Shown here piece after piece: positions 1 through 31,528 of a stretch of DNA of 64,000 nucleotides. Source of the DNA: Amoebidium appalachense (lineage: Eukaryota; Protista; Ichthyosporea); assembly GCA_963693365.1 (NCBI GenBank), contig CAVNZM010000009.1, forward strand, positions 4,661,146 to 4,725,145, given 5' to 3'. Each line of letters starts with the position of its first letter. Position 1 is the stretch's first letter. Below the pieces are notes generated by a model. It saw only the letters and a program-made list of their open reading frames with translations. It was not told the origin of the DNA and made no database searches. The position numbers and the translations under genes are program-made.

Positions 1-62
<62 letters not shown>

Positions 63-308
63 TGTGTGCATATTTTGCGTGCAAGTACGTGTGAATCTTC
101 AGAAAAAGGACACGGAGAAGGCATAGCGTGCTTGTAGCATGCACCCATTGATCATAATCCATTCACTGCGTGATGAAGGAAGATAAACAAAGGGGAAAAA
201 AAAGGTCCTTTCTGAAGGCATTATATATGTTCACAACTGTCCACCAGATCTTGGGGATGCTGTTGGCTTCCTTAAAAAATACAAAAAACCCCAGTGTGCA
301 CCACGCCC

Positions 309-356
<48 letters not shown>

Positions 357-490
357 ATGTGCACATGCATTCAGGAGTCTCTTCTCCAGTTGCATGCGGT
401 GCTTGTGTACGTGTACGTGTAGCGTACATGTATGTGTGTGTGCGTGTACCTGTACCTGTACCTGTACCTGTACGTTCGTGCGTGCATGTG

Positions 491-600
<110 letters not shown>

Positions 601-605
601 TGTGG

Positions 606-13005
<12,400 letters not shown>

Positions 13006-13400
13006 ATTGCAAGAAATGCAAGCCAGTGTCAATTCCTACGATTCCTTACTACTAAACGGACAAGAGAAACATGTGTACCTAGTTCATGGGCTGTAGGTAA
13101 TAACACTTGCTTTCTGCACCAAAAACATCTCAGCTACACTTCACAGCCGCACCCTGCCATGTATCGCACCGCTCAAAAAAAGCAGCGTCTTTGGCAGCGT
13201 GCAGTGTGGCTTCGCGTGTGGATCGGCTGGCCGGCGTCGAAAGCGATTACGTAATATATAAACCCTGCATGTCCCAAAAAAGCTACAAAGACGTTTTAAA
13301 TCGCTCGGCATGGATCCTTTTGGTCCACATATGACTACCATCAGAAGCTTTAGATTGGTATATTCGGAATCCGATTTGGGATCAGCCTATGCTCTAAGAG

Positions 13401-13408
13401 TATAAAAA
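13401..13408 (+). promoter_or_regulatory. TATA box of the putative snoRNA host gene
   Basis: TATAAAAA ~30 nt upstream of a pyrimidine-rich TTCACTTC start-like site and ~50 nt upstream of an AG|GTGAGT donor at 13454. Confidence 0.6.
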
Positions 13409-13429
13409 GAGTCTCTTCGCCCCACGTGA

Positions 13430-13985
13430 GTTCACTTCGGCTGCTTCTTCTAGGTGAGTTTATAGGATCTTTCTATATACATCTTTGTCGTTTGGCACCA
13501 TGGCCTACTGTTAATTGTTTATGGTCCGTGTGTCAGAAGCACTTCATTCCCTTGTGTTTTACAACCTCCCCCCCTCCCCAACCACGTGCACCACCACCAC
13601 CACCCACGACCCCCCATCTCTCCCCCCAAAACACGTTAGCAACATGCAAAAAAAAAAAAAGAACTGCATAACACTTCACATGGACCATCTTGCCCACGTG
13701 GTTCGTGTGTGCGTATCACCCTTCTCCCTTTTCTTGTTTTTCACCTGGTTAAAGGTACTTGAGTGATGTGAATTTGCTACCGGTTGTGGGACACCCACTG
13801 GCTTACCGACGTTTTATCACCAAGATCGCTGACAAGTACTTCTTCTTCTCTGCTCGCGTTTTAAAATTCGCAACACTCACTAACGGTGTTCCTTTTCTTT
13901 TGCAGGACCTTGTTGTTCAAGACAAGACCACTTCTGAGATGGGATCTTTTTCCTTGGATTAATAAACTATGAAGACCTGTTTGAA
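13430..13985 (+). ncRNA. putative non-coding snoRNA host transcript (exon 1 ~13430-13453, intron 13454-13905, exon 2 13906-~13985)
   Basis: Consensus donor GTGAGT, branch point CACTAAC (13878-13884), polypyrimidine tract plus CAG (13905), AATAAA (13961-13966). The spliced product is ~100 nt with only a 7-codon ATG ORF. Confidence 0.6.
13755..13839 (+). ncRNA. SNORD24: box C/D snoRNA U24 (SNORD24/snR24 homolog)
   Basis: Terminal stem GTACTTG/CAAGTAC; box C GTGATGT (13763-13769, the TGATGT variant typical of U24); box D CTGA (13829-13832). Guides ATTTGCTAC and TCACCAAGATC are complementary to the conserved LSU rRNA stretch GAUCUUGGUGGUAGUAGCAAAU. Confidence 0.9.
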
Positions 13986-15140
13986 CCCGTGCATTTCCGT
14001 TTTCTCGTCCCTTGTGCCCTTCCCCCGCCTCCCCCACCCGGTCCCGTGGTGCGTGGAAGAGGAAAACACGGTCACGCACAAGTACACACGCGAAGGCTTC
14101 CATCTCTGTTGTATAAGGAAGACCTTGACTTAAATACTAAGGCAACCTTTTTTGCTGCGAGCAAGATAATCATTGAATAGTTGAAACCTACCTTCCATTC
14201 TTTTGGTACATATTTGTGCTTCCTTTGCCCAGTATGTGCTTGTCTTTGGCACTTCTGGTTCAAGGTTGTGTGACCTACCCCCTCTCCCCCATGATCTTTT
14301 CCTCACGCTCATGGCTCCAAGCTTACTGTTCCTCTTGTGTATGGGTTTACTACTTGGTGGCCCTTCCCGCTGAAGCATTTTCCTATTGCTTGTCCGTCAG
14401 TAAACAACTTAATATGGGTATGGGTGTATATATGTCGTGATGTTGGCAGAAGGGGCCCGTTGTCTTTTTTTTTTCTTTTGTGAAGGAGGATAGAGATATC
14501 TTTCGCGGTCGTTAAAAGAACAAAGATGCTTGGCACTGTTTTTTCCGCTTTTTGCTGTACACATCACATAGTGCAAGTTAAGTTGCACTTTATAAAGTTT
14601 CTACCCCTGACCAGCAGGGTGGACCAGGTAGTCGTTCGTTTTCATCTGTTGCCCTCCAGCCCTGGGATAAGATTTGTGCAAGTACTGACGTTTACCATAG
14701 GCTTTCCTCATACCTTTGCCCATAGTAGTGTGAGGTAGTCTTTGAAAAGCAAGGATACACCAAGTTTACATCCTTGTGCCTACAATACAAGTTTACTCCG
14801 TAAATCACCATGAAGTCCTTTCATTTGCAAGTTTTGTACCTCGGCCCCTGTAGTTACAAAGTTTGTGATCTCAATTTTGGCAAGTAAACTTTTAAAGTTC
14901 TCTACACGGACCAAACTGGTATTCCACTAGTATACAAAATGAGCAAAAAGGCGCTTTTCTCGCCCCTCTATGTTGCACAGAAACAACATCAACAGTTTTG
15001 CATCATACACACCACATGTCTTCGAATTTTGTTCACGAGCTCCCAGCACATCCGGTACGTTCTCCATGCCCTAGAAAATGGTTGTACGTTAAATTACACC
15101 TGCACTGGTGCTTTGTTGTTGTTGTTTATGGAGGCAGAAC

Positions 15141-15463
15141 TTAATCATTATCGTCGGTGGCAGAGCCCTCTCCAACAGCTGCTGGGCTCTCATGTTTGTG
15201 AAGGATATGATACTTCAGCGATTCCTCGAACTTGTATGTGTTCCCACAGCGATCACACTCAAACTTGCGCCCCATGTTGTGTGTGGTGAGTTGGCGTCTG
15301 ATATGGCTGGTGGATGGGTGGGCGAACGTGCAGCCTGAGGCTTGGTAGGGGCAGTGCTTAAGTCGTTTTTGGTGTTCACGTTGAACGTGCTCTTGCGTGC
15401 CTGCTGTGACCTGAACATGGCGGAGCACACGCGGCACTGGTATACGGTCTGCTTGGGCGACAT
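15141..15463 (-). pseudogene. small C2H2 zinc-finger ORF with one frameshift (pseudogene or consensus indel)
   Basis: MSPKQTVYQCRVCSAMFRSQQARK shifts frame near 15392 into EHVQREH, completing finger 1. Finger 2 is degenerate (CPYQASGC...QLTTH); finger 3 is FECDRCGNTYKFEESLKYHILHKH. Confidence 0.7.
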
Positions 15464-15955
15464 CTTTTACGCTGTGGCGGTAGTGATGATAAAAACTTTG
15501 TTTGTTTGATTTGAGGTATGAAAGGGCAAAAAAAGTGTGTGTGTGGTAGTTTAGATGAAGTATGGGGAGAGTGCGCAAGGTAATCTGCCAAACAAGGACA
15601 AGTTGTCAGTTGTCGTGGCGAGTTGTTCATAAGGCACGAAGCGTAATTACCGTCATTCAAAAAAAAGCACTCGATATCTTTACCCCTGCTTTCTCACTCA
15701 AGCTTTGCCTTTTGACTTTATGCACAACAAATTATGGTCGCGAGCGTGGCAGTCCAAGTGGTAGTAGAGTGATGGGTGCTTTGCTTTTTGTTAGGGCCTC
15801 AGCGCTCTTTAGCTGGCTCCAGGGATCATCCTCACGGGTGTCTGTCGGAAGTACGTGGCCTTGCAGGCGCATGTGGCACCCCCGGATCCGATGATATGCA
15901 TCAATCACATCAATGTCCTATGTTAGTGTGTGCGTGTGTGTGTGTGGCTGTGTGT

Positions 15956-16009
<54 letters not shown>

Positions 16010-16018
16010 GTTGCACCT

Positions 16019-16075
<57 letters not shown>

Positions 16076-18425
16076 TAAGTGTGTGTGTATGTGTGTGTGT
16101 ATGTGTGTGTGTGTGTGTGTGTATGTGTCTGTGTGTGAGGGAGAGGGGGGGGGGGGGGGGGGGGGAGAAGGGGGGAGGGAGGGGATCCGGCGGTGTTGCA
16201 ATTGGTCCTGAGCCTGATGAATTATGGCTTTTCAGTTTAATAAGGGGCAATACTACGTAAGTCTCAGGAAAAGCATGCACAAGTGTGGCAGTGCACACAC
16301 TGCGTATTATCAAGCTTCTCTTATTATACTACGCAAGGGAAGCATTATCCATATTGATATTGAAACCGCTGAGCAAGCTCGAGCTGTGTGAGGTGCAACT
16401 TTGGGGAGGAAGGGGCATTTTCTAGCCTCGCTCGTCTGGCTTCTATTTATTGGCGAAGCAAGCACCAGGAGCAAAGCGGCAAACAGGTCAAATGAAATTC
16501 GGAGCAACAAAAACTACAAACTAGAACCTAAACAACTATTGGTTGTAGTTAAAATTAATTAAAATAAATTCTTTTTATTTATTTTTTTATAAGCTCAGAA
16601 AAAGATGATTATATTGTCGTTGAATTGTCGGCGTTGACAATAAACTTCACATAATGTAAATGATATGTGGATTCGTTGTAACATGCATCTATCGACCCTC
16701 CTCCATTGTGGAGGCGGGCAAAACAAAGCAAGTCCCCCCGGCGCCGGATCTCACTCGGAGCGAATTCGGCTCGCCGGTGAGCAAGACAGTGTGCAACCTC
16801 AGTCGCCTGAGTCAGTGAGAAGTATAGGTATATAGTACTATTGAATAGTATCTTAACTGTACGTAGGAACATTCTTTTCTCCTTCTTTTATTACTGCTAT
16901 GTACATTGGAAAAGCGGTCTTTCATCTTTCTGAACTCGAGTTGCTTTGGTGCATTAGCAAGGTGCCTCACATATGCATCTTTGGTTTTGCACACTGTTGA
17001 ATATATATGCATGCACGATTCCGTCCTTGCGAAGAGAGAGAGCGTGCGTTCTAGCACTGAGCTAACACCCAAATATTAAAGTTCAAAGCGTCACACGCAC
17101 ATCTTGAAGTACAACCGTTCAAAGACGCGGCAGATGTAAGTTGGTTAGGGGCACGTTCTAAGTTAGTCACAGATCTAGGAATAAATACACCAAGCTGCCC
17201 ACCAACGTACAAGCAAGGAGTGTGAGCAGAACGCGCCCTGGCCGAGCAGGGTAATTAAGAGGATACTCAAAGAAAGGTGAGCCCGCATTACGCCCCCAGG
17301 CACACATTTGAAAGAATACAAGGGTGTGCTGTTTATGACGCACTATCAACAAGCAACGACTTGTGAACCTTGATGCCATACCTGAAACATAGGAACCAGT
17401 GTCAAGCTGCAAACCATGACACCTGAGTGTGTTCTGCTGTTGTACGGTTTCATCCACATGCTCTTCCTCTTAAGGGTATCCCGAGTTTAGTTGTGTAGAT
17501 ACTTTTGGGAAACTTTGGGATAAAGATGCTGGCTTTCATTTTGTTCTGTGTTTGTTTTTCGCTGTGCATGTGCCTTTTCTCTCCTGCGTTCGAAACAAAA
17601 CGTAGGAGCATTCTGTGCCCCACTCCACGCTCTCTCAAATCCAAGATAAGTTTAGCTCGGTTTGCTGTGGTTGGCATTTCAATCAGATTGGCTAGAATTC
17701 AAATTGTAAATTGGCTTGCTCTAACTGCAGCCATTCCTCATGCTGCAGCAACAAAAGCGAATGATGCTCATCGCGCCTTGCACATGTACAATGGATACCC
17801 GGTTTCTCCCTATAAAGGACATGCGACAGCATGCACCTACTAACGCGTGGCCTTGGTTACTTTTCATATACTGTGAGCTGCATACTGCGACACAGGGTGT
17901 TACTTCTCCCATGTCGCTAGGTACGGGATTCTTTGGTATGCCCATGCATCATTCATTCATTCAAACATCACGCATCGACGAGTTAAATTTCGTTGACGAG
18001 GCGACAGGGTCGAACCTCGGGCACTGTGAATGTTGTGGACATCCCGTGAGGATGGGCTCTGCTTATTATGCATACTCGTTATGTGTGCTCGGCCATATCT
18101 GCACTACTTTGTCCGTCGTGACTGTGTGCTCGGTACTCTGCAACACATTCTAACCCTCTCCCCCCTCCCCCCTCCCCCCTCTCCCCCCCCCTCCCTCCCT
18201 CCCTCCACCCCTCACCTCCTCGACCAACTGTCCCCCCCTCTCTCCCCCCCCCTTTCAACGAAACCCCCCTCCCCCTGCCCCTCCCCCTTTTTTCACACTC
18301 TGTGTTTTCTGCTTTGCTTGTCATCTTTTTTCCTGCACTGTGTTCTTGTTGTGTATCCATACACTGGGTTACTGTGTAACTCAACCAACCCTCTTTACCC
18401 CTCCCTCCCCTTCTCGCCCATCACC

Positions 18426-18490
<65 letters not shown>

Positions 18491-18521
18491 GTGCGTACAC
18501 ACACACACACACACACGCACG

Positions 18522-18652
<131 letters not shown>

Positions 18653-18699
18653 TAGCGTTTGTGCCCGCCGGCACAGCAGGACGGAGAGGTGGGGCTGCA

Positions 18700-25406
<6,707 letters not shown>

Positions 25407-25599
25407 TTCCTCTGTTGGGCATATAGCTTCCCTGTTTTTTCTTTCGCGATAGGAATTTTAGGAATGTTTAGTTACAGTTAGTTGCAATATATTCGAAATT
25501 GCAGCGCATTTTGCGTTACTGAGCAGAGATGATTGGAAAGGGGAGTAATATGGCGATTCATGGTGGCTTTTGTGGTTGGGTATGATTGCTTATTTTTAT

Positions 25600-25659
<60 letters not shown>

Positions 25660-25861
25660 GGGGGTTGCAAGTAGATCGGATGCATGTGCACAGGAGTCGT
25701 AGCCAACGTTAAACACCATAACTTCGTATGTGTGCTTAAACTACCATGCTTGGGCATGGGATTAGTGAAAACCGGTCAAGTGTTTTGCATAGGTATGCCC
25801 GGAATTTAGTCCCGGCGTCGGTCGTAGACACAAGTGTTTCTCACATATTCGAGAGGTGGTG

Positions 25862-25896
<35 letters not shown>

Positions 25897-26637
25897 TACA
25901 TGTTGTGGTTAGATGTGCGCATGTGTGCGCGCTGCCTGAGTCCGACAGTTAAATCAGGGCACGTTTGGCAGCTGTTATAGTGCCCCAGTTGAAGAGCTTT
26001 ACACACAAGGTTGCAGCTGTAGCCTAGCGGCGGTTTCCGGTTTCTTCTTTCCGTGCAGATGGTAACTGGGTGCATAGTTTGGTATGATTGGTTTCAGAAT
26101 AACTTACCGTTAATACACGTGCCCGATGGCATGTATGTGGCATTGCCGTAAATATCGGCAACAAACATGAGCATTATGAAGTATTTGTCGGTACTTCGCG
26201 GCGTGATTCAGACAGCAATAGGGTGTCAGTTACGGTTCTTCATACGGATGCCACAGTATGTTATCCGCTTAGGGTCCATCTCCCTTTTCAAATTCCGCCA
26301 ATGATTGCCATGTAAAGCAAGCCAGATAAATTTGGACATAGCTTTGTGTTCATTGATATATAGACCGTGTAAACCTTCATTGTCATTATATATATAGTTG
26401 GTGAAACCTGTATATGCACCCCAATACTTGCAGGCTGGCCACACCACGAGAACACGAAATTGGGGTTTGAAACTTTATATTATGGGTAAGTGACCCCAGT
26501 TTGGAGGATTGGTGGCCCATTTGCCGGAATGGGTGTTCAACAGATTCTACACGTGTTACGTGCCCCCACCATCGAGCTATCCTTCTTTTTCAGAATTCTA
26601 ATTTTCGAAAAGTGAAAATACTAGAAGCGGCAACATG

Positions 26638-26671
<34 letters not shown>

Positions 26672-26792
26672 CCCGCCCGCCAGAGGGGTTCAAACTTCAA
26701 CTACCATGATCAGCATATGCATATGCATGGCAAGGGCCGGTCAACGGATGCAGCAAGAAATTCTTAGCAAAAGCTGTCCCATATTATATAGT

Positions 26793-26874
<82 letters not shown>

Positions 26875-27252
26875 GGGGGGGGGGGGGGGGGGGGGATATG
26901 TAATATTCCTCGGCTTCGGCTGGCACACAAAAGGGGGGGGGGGGGGGGGGGGGGGGGGGGGAGGGGAGGGAGAGGGCAAGGGGGGAGGGGGAGTGTGTGT
27001 GTGTGTGTGTGGGGGGGGGGGGGAGGCGGGGAGGGGGGGGGGGGGGGTAGCCCAGGCTTACCAGATTTGGGTTGCCATGGACAAAAAAATAAATTCGGGT
27101 CCGATCCAGCCACGGGCTCAACCCAATGTGTTTATCGAGTCAGGCCGGGTCAGAGGGGCTAAAATTGGCGCTACTTTAGGTGGCATGTGTCGGCGAAAGG
27201 TCTTAATGAGACTGCTTTGATTACAAGAAAATTAATCGATATTGGCCGTTTT

Positions 27253-27445
27253 GGGGGTTTACGCTGTTTACTCGAGGCAAAGAGAGACCAGTCTCAGGTA
27301 TGGGGGGGTTTTTGCTCGGAATATCCCCTCAGCGGTATATCATGATCACGTACATAGATGTCGGGTGATGACTATATATCAGGGTTTACTTTCTCTACGA
27401 GACACCATAAAGACTAAGAGAAATCAATTAGTTGGGGTTCCCCGT
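27253..27445 (+). repeat. ~180-bp dispersed repeat, copy 1 (copy 2 at 45876-46048)
   Basis: Both copies run GGGGGTTTA.GCTGTTTACTCGAGGCAAAGAGAGACCAGTCTC...AATTAGTTGGGGTTCCC with a few indels, and each is followed by a T-rich run. Confidence 0.9.
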
Positions 27446-27508
27446 TTTTTTTTTTTTTTTTTTTTTTTGGGGGGGGGGGGCTCCCCTGGGACAGTCGGTA
27501 TCAGCTGG

Positions 27509-27615
<107 letters not shown>

Positions 27616-28549
27616 CTAGAATTTTGTAGTGATGTGTTTCTCAAGCCAATCAATACATCTAATAAACAGGTCGTAGTTACGCGTGTTTAGTATAAAATCA
27701 AGGATGTTGACATGTAATTTACAGGTAGGCTATCTTTCTGGGTGTCTGTTGTGAATGTGACGTGTGTGTGTTGCGGTATTATGTGGTCTATCAAACTACA
27801 TTTGGCGATACATGACCGTTTAAACTGGTGTGTGTGTGTGTTGTTTGGGCATGCAAACGATGCCACCTTATACTTAATAAATCTCCACTGTATAGCACGT
27901 GTACAGTAAAAGCGTGGTAATTGATCAATAATACCATCAGCTAGAGAAAGACCGGTTCTACAGGAAGGTAATATGTATTTAGGTGTTATACCTTTGCGAG
28001 TGCCATATTTGGCAATATGGTTGAGGCGGTCAGTTTATATAAAACGAGACATAAGGCTTAGTTTTTCAAGGTGTCTGCTTTCATCGGGTCTAGTGTCGTG
28101 TGGTATCTTTTTCCATTTGTTATATTGCGTGATTATCTTGTGATTGTGTACATGTTTAATAAGTAAGTGGCAGTCCAAAGTCACACGCACACTTTTGCGG
28201 GGTTTATTTGTATTTGTGCCCAGGGGAGAAGGGGAGAGAGAGGGAAGGAAAGAGGGGAGAGGTGAGGAGGGGACAGGTCGGATAGAGAAGAGAGGGTGGG
28301 AGGGCAAATACTTCTTTAAGCGGCTTATGTGCTTATTGAATTTCAGCGCAAGATAGGATACTCTAGCAGCTATTGGGACCAGACCATATATCGAGAGCGT
28401 TACAGGCCCAGGTTTACAACAGTTGTTAGATAGAAAGGAGGCAACTTCTGCTTCAAGGAAATTTGCCAAGGGTTTAAGCACTCTAGTTCTCTCTTTCTTG
28501 ATCCAAGCGGCGAGAAGGGGTTAATCATATTCACATGCCGGGAAGACAA

Positions 28550-28629
28550 AAGTGCGAATAAATGTAAGTCTAATAGAAGGATGGAGGTGTGTGTCCATCC
28601 TTCTATTAGACTTACATTTATTCGCACTT
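28550..28629. repeat. perfect hairpin, 36-bp arms and 8-nt loop
   Basis: AAGTGCGAATAAATGTAAGTCTAATAGAAGGATGGA (28550-28585) and its exact reverse complement (28594-28629). Confidence 0.95.
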
Positions 28630-28710
28630 CGATACAGACGGCGTCCGCGAATAAGAATTCCACGAATGTGTGAATTGATTGGACAATTCCATTTATTTAC
28701 TTATTCTTCG

Positions 28711-28781
28711 GCCGTCTGATTGGGCCACAATGGTTATGTGGCCAATCAGCGGCCTGGTAGAGGAGGCTTATGGGTATATAA
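28711..28781 (+). promoter_or_regulatory. promoter-like module: inverted pair of CCAAT boxes plus TATATAA
   Basis: CTGATTGG...CCAATCAG dyad (28716-28749) and TATATAA (28775-28781), pointing into the foldback element. Confidence 0.45.
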
Positions 28782-28947
28782 GCCGACCTTAGATCGGTCG
28801 TCTATTAGCATATTCCCCGTCGCCTCCACTCTCACCGGAGGCGACGTTGGTGAGGCTCGTTCACGCTTTGTTTACAATAGGGTAGGTCACCCTTTTAGAA
28901 CTTCACCATGAACGTTATTTTCGAGCAATATTCCGCCGAAGCGCGCA

Positions 28948-29557
28948 TGTGGTATATTATACCGGATATCTAGTATGGATGTACACAGGTTGAGATATAC
29001 GCACACGTGTACATGTATATATACCACTGTGTTTGATCTTAGGTAGGCCAGTATGCATGTCTCCCCCCAGTCTTGTGCGCATGAGCAAGAAGTTAAACAT
29101 ATGTGCACGTGCAGCTTGCAGAATTATTCATGGGAAAACAGATATAATAGTCACATGGGACCGACACGTAGTAGAGGAACCATGAGCGTTAAGTTATAGT
29201 TTTATCATGGGAAAATATGCAAGTAGCCGTGAAGGTATGACTGTGGAATGCATCGATAGTCAAGTACTGTCACCCGATTGGCTCACTAAGTTTATTGGAA
29301 CCGTGATAGCCATGGGACAGAACCGTGAACCGTATGTGATTGGCTCATAGCCAAAAAGCACATACCAATGCGCATGTCTGAGCCGCTGTGCGAGCTCCGA
29401 TATAAGGGCATGTCGGGGGCTTCAGAGCTCACTCAGTGTGCTCGGCTTACTAGGTGTAAGTAGGACTAGCACGTAACTAAGCAAAGCGTGGTCTAGTCAA
29501 CCCCGTTCATTTATAAACATATTGTTTGTCACAGACACACGATCATATTATACAACA
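28948..29557 (+). repeat. 5' LTR (610 bp)
   Basis: By eye it differs from the 3' LTR by one substitution and a 3-bp indel. TATAAG at 29401; repeated ATTGG boxes. Confidence 0.97.
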
Positions 29558-29573
29558 GCTGAGCTACACCCCC
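29558..29573 (+). promoter_or_regulatory. non-canonical primer-binding site GCTGAGCTACACCCCC
   Basis: Immediately 3' of the 5' LTR and lacks TGG. The reverse complement GGGGGTGTAGCTCAGC resembles the 5' end of tRNA-Ala. Confidence 0.6.
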
Positions 29574-29648
29574 TGCAGCGCTAGTTCTTGCGCTGCAAGT
29601 GTGCTCGTATCAAGCAAGTACTATGTTTTTAGTTGTTTGGGTTCTAAC

Positions 29649-31528
29649 ATGTCTAACCACCTTGGTGACGACAATGCCGGCCCTAGTGGCCTGCATGGGG
29701 GGGAAGCTAGAAATGCCGACCTCATTTTCCTTGAAGAACTCGGCTATAATGTTCCCCCTTCCCCCCCCCGGCGCTTCACCGTGGCACCCTCCTGGAGCAG
29801 ACATTCCGTTGCTCGACCGTGTCTACTTCCGTTCACACGACTTGCAACACGACAATCAATACTGCTTCTCTTTTCGTTCAGGGGAAACCGACTACGGCCA
29901 ATCATTTGACCCCGAAGACCTGCCACCTGAAGACAATCGACATTCATCAGTCGACCTTCTCCACGGGCTGGAAGTCGAGGTCAACGCAAACGCAAGCAGA
30001 GGCACCAGACGTCCTAATACGCGCCCTCACGGAGTATGCAAATTTGCACAACAAGACGGGCGTGAGCCTGGCAGCTTGGTGCTGGTGCGTTCTTGGGTGT
30101 CTCCTTCTGTTCATGCTGCTGGCATTGTTGGTATCGAAGTTTGCCAGCTGTACAGTGCGCACGGCACTGTACCGTTCGTCGTCGGCACTCACCATGCTCC
30201 ACCAACAACTACTCGCCCTCGCGAATGTATTCACTTCCAGGCAAAACTACGCGTGCCTTTCAGGGCAGTCTTCCCACATCACTAAGTCACATGAATTTAT
30301 CAATCAGTTAGTGACTCTTAGTCGTGGTGAGCTCGACCTAGTGGTTACTTATTATGGTAACCGGGGCCCTCAAAAATTTCATCCAAGCATGCTCCCCTCA
30401 TGGGTTCGTGCCGGACGGGGCCCCCGTAAGAACTCTGGCCGAGGTGGTAGGGGTGGACGTGGTGGTGGCCGGGGGGGGGCATAACAACCCCCCTCCTGCT
30501 GCCAACGAAAATGGGGATGGTAATGCAGGTGGCGGTGGCCCCCCACCTCCCCCGGACGGTGGTGCTGACGGTGGTGCCGGTGGTGCTAATGGTGCCGGAG
30601 GTGCTTAAACGGTGCTGGTGGTGCCGGTGGTGGTGGTGGTGATGGTGGTGGCGACGGCGGTGACGGTGGTGATGACGGTGACGGTAACGACGGCAACGGT
30701 GACGACCGGGAGGGGAAGGAAAAGATTCAACACATCCCCTCAGCAGCAATTCAGTCCCGTCCTATGCTCGAGGCAGATGCCAATATCGACGAATTCTACA
30801 AACAACTCCAACATCATTTAATTTTCTTTTGTATTATGGAGTTGGTGGGCTTGAATCGCACGTTGATGTTTATTCGTATGTGCATGGGCCCCGGGGACCC
30901 CCGAGATGCTGCCGACAACGTCGACCTTTCCACGTGCACCGGCATCGACGATTTTTGGGCTAAGTTCCTTGAGAAGTATTTAGACAAGGAACGTAAGGAG
31001 GAGCATTTTAACGAGCTGAACAAGCTTCGTTTTATGCACACTCGGGCCTCGATAAAGACATTCCACAAGAAATTTAATTGCATCGTCTCCAACACGGGTC
31101 TCAAGAACATGCCCGAGGTTGTGCTTCATCATTACCAACGTACCCTCAACGACTACCCGGACCTTTGTTTGGAGGCCCGGGCTGCAACCACCCTCAAGCA
31201 AGCCATGGCCCGTGTCATCCGACGGTATGAGGCTGATGTGGGTGCTCACAATTTAAAATGTAACCGTAATGTGGGTGCTGTAGATGAGATGGGTGGTGGT
31301 AGTGGGGGGCATGGTGGTGGTGGTGGTGGTCACGGGGGTGGCCACGGAGGTAGTGGGGGTAATGTTGGTGGTAAGGGTAAATCTAATGGGGGGGGCAAAT
31401 GGGCTAAGGATAATAAGAAAGATAAGAGGGGGCCCAATTGTTGGGCTTGCAAGCAGCCGGGGCATCGTTTTAAAGATTGCCCCACCCGAGCTGCCAAGAA
31501 GAACAAGGGCAAGCAAAGTGATAAATAG
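29649..31528 (+). CDS. gag: Gag (frameshifted N-terminal extension plus intact capsid/nucleocapsid part 30764-31528)
   Basis: CCHC knuckle CWACKQPGHRFKDC and capsid-like FWAKFLEKYL...SIKTFHKKF. The upstream Gly/Asp-rich part needs about four frame changes, mostly at homopolymers, so the start at ~29649 is inferred. Confidence 0.8.

Noticed and set aside
26226-26600. Coding-like minus-strand fragment (VWPACKYWGAY...)
   Set aside because: Short, frameshifted, no recognisable family or splice partners.
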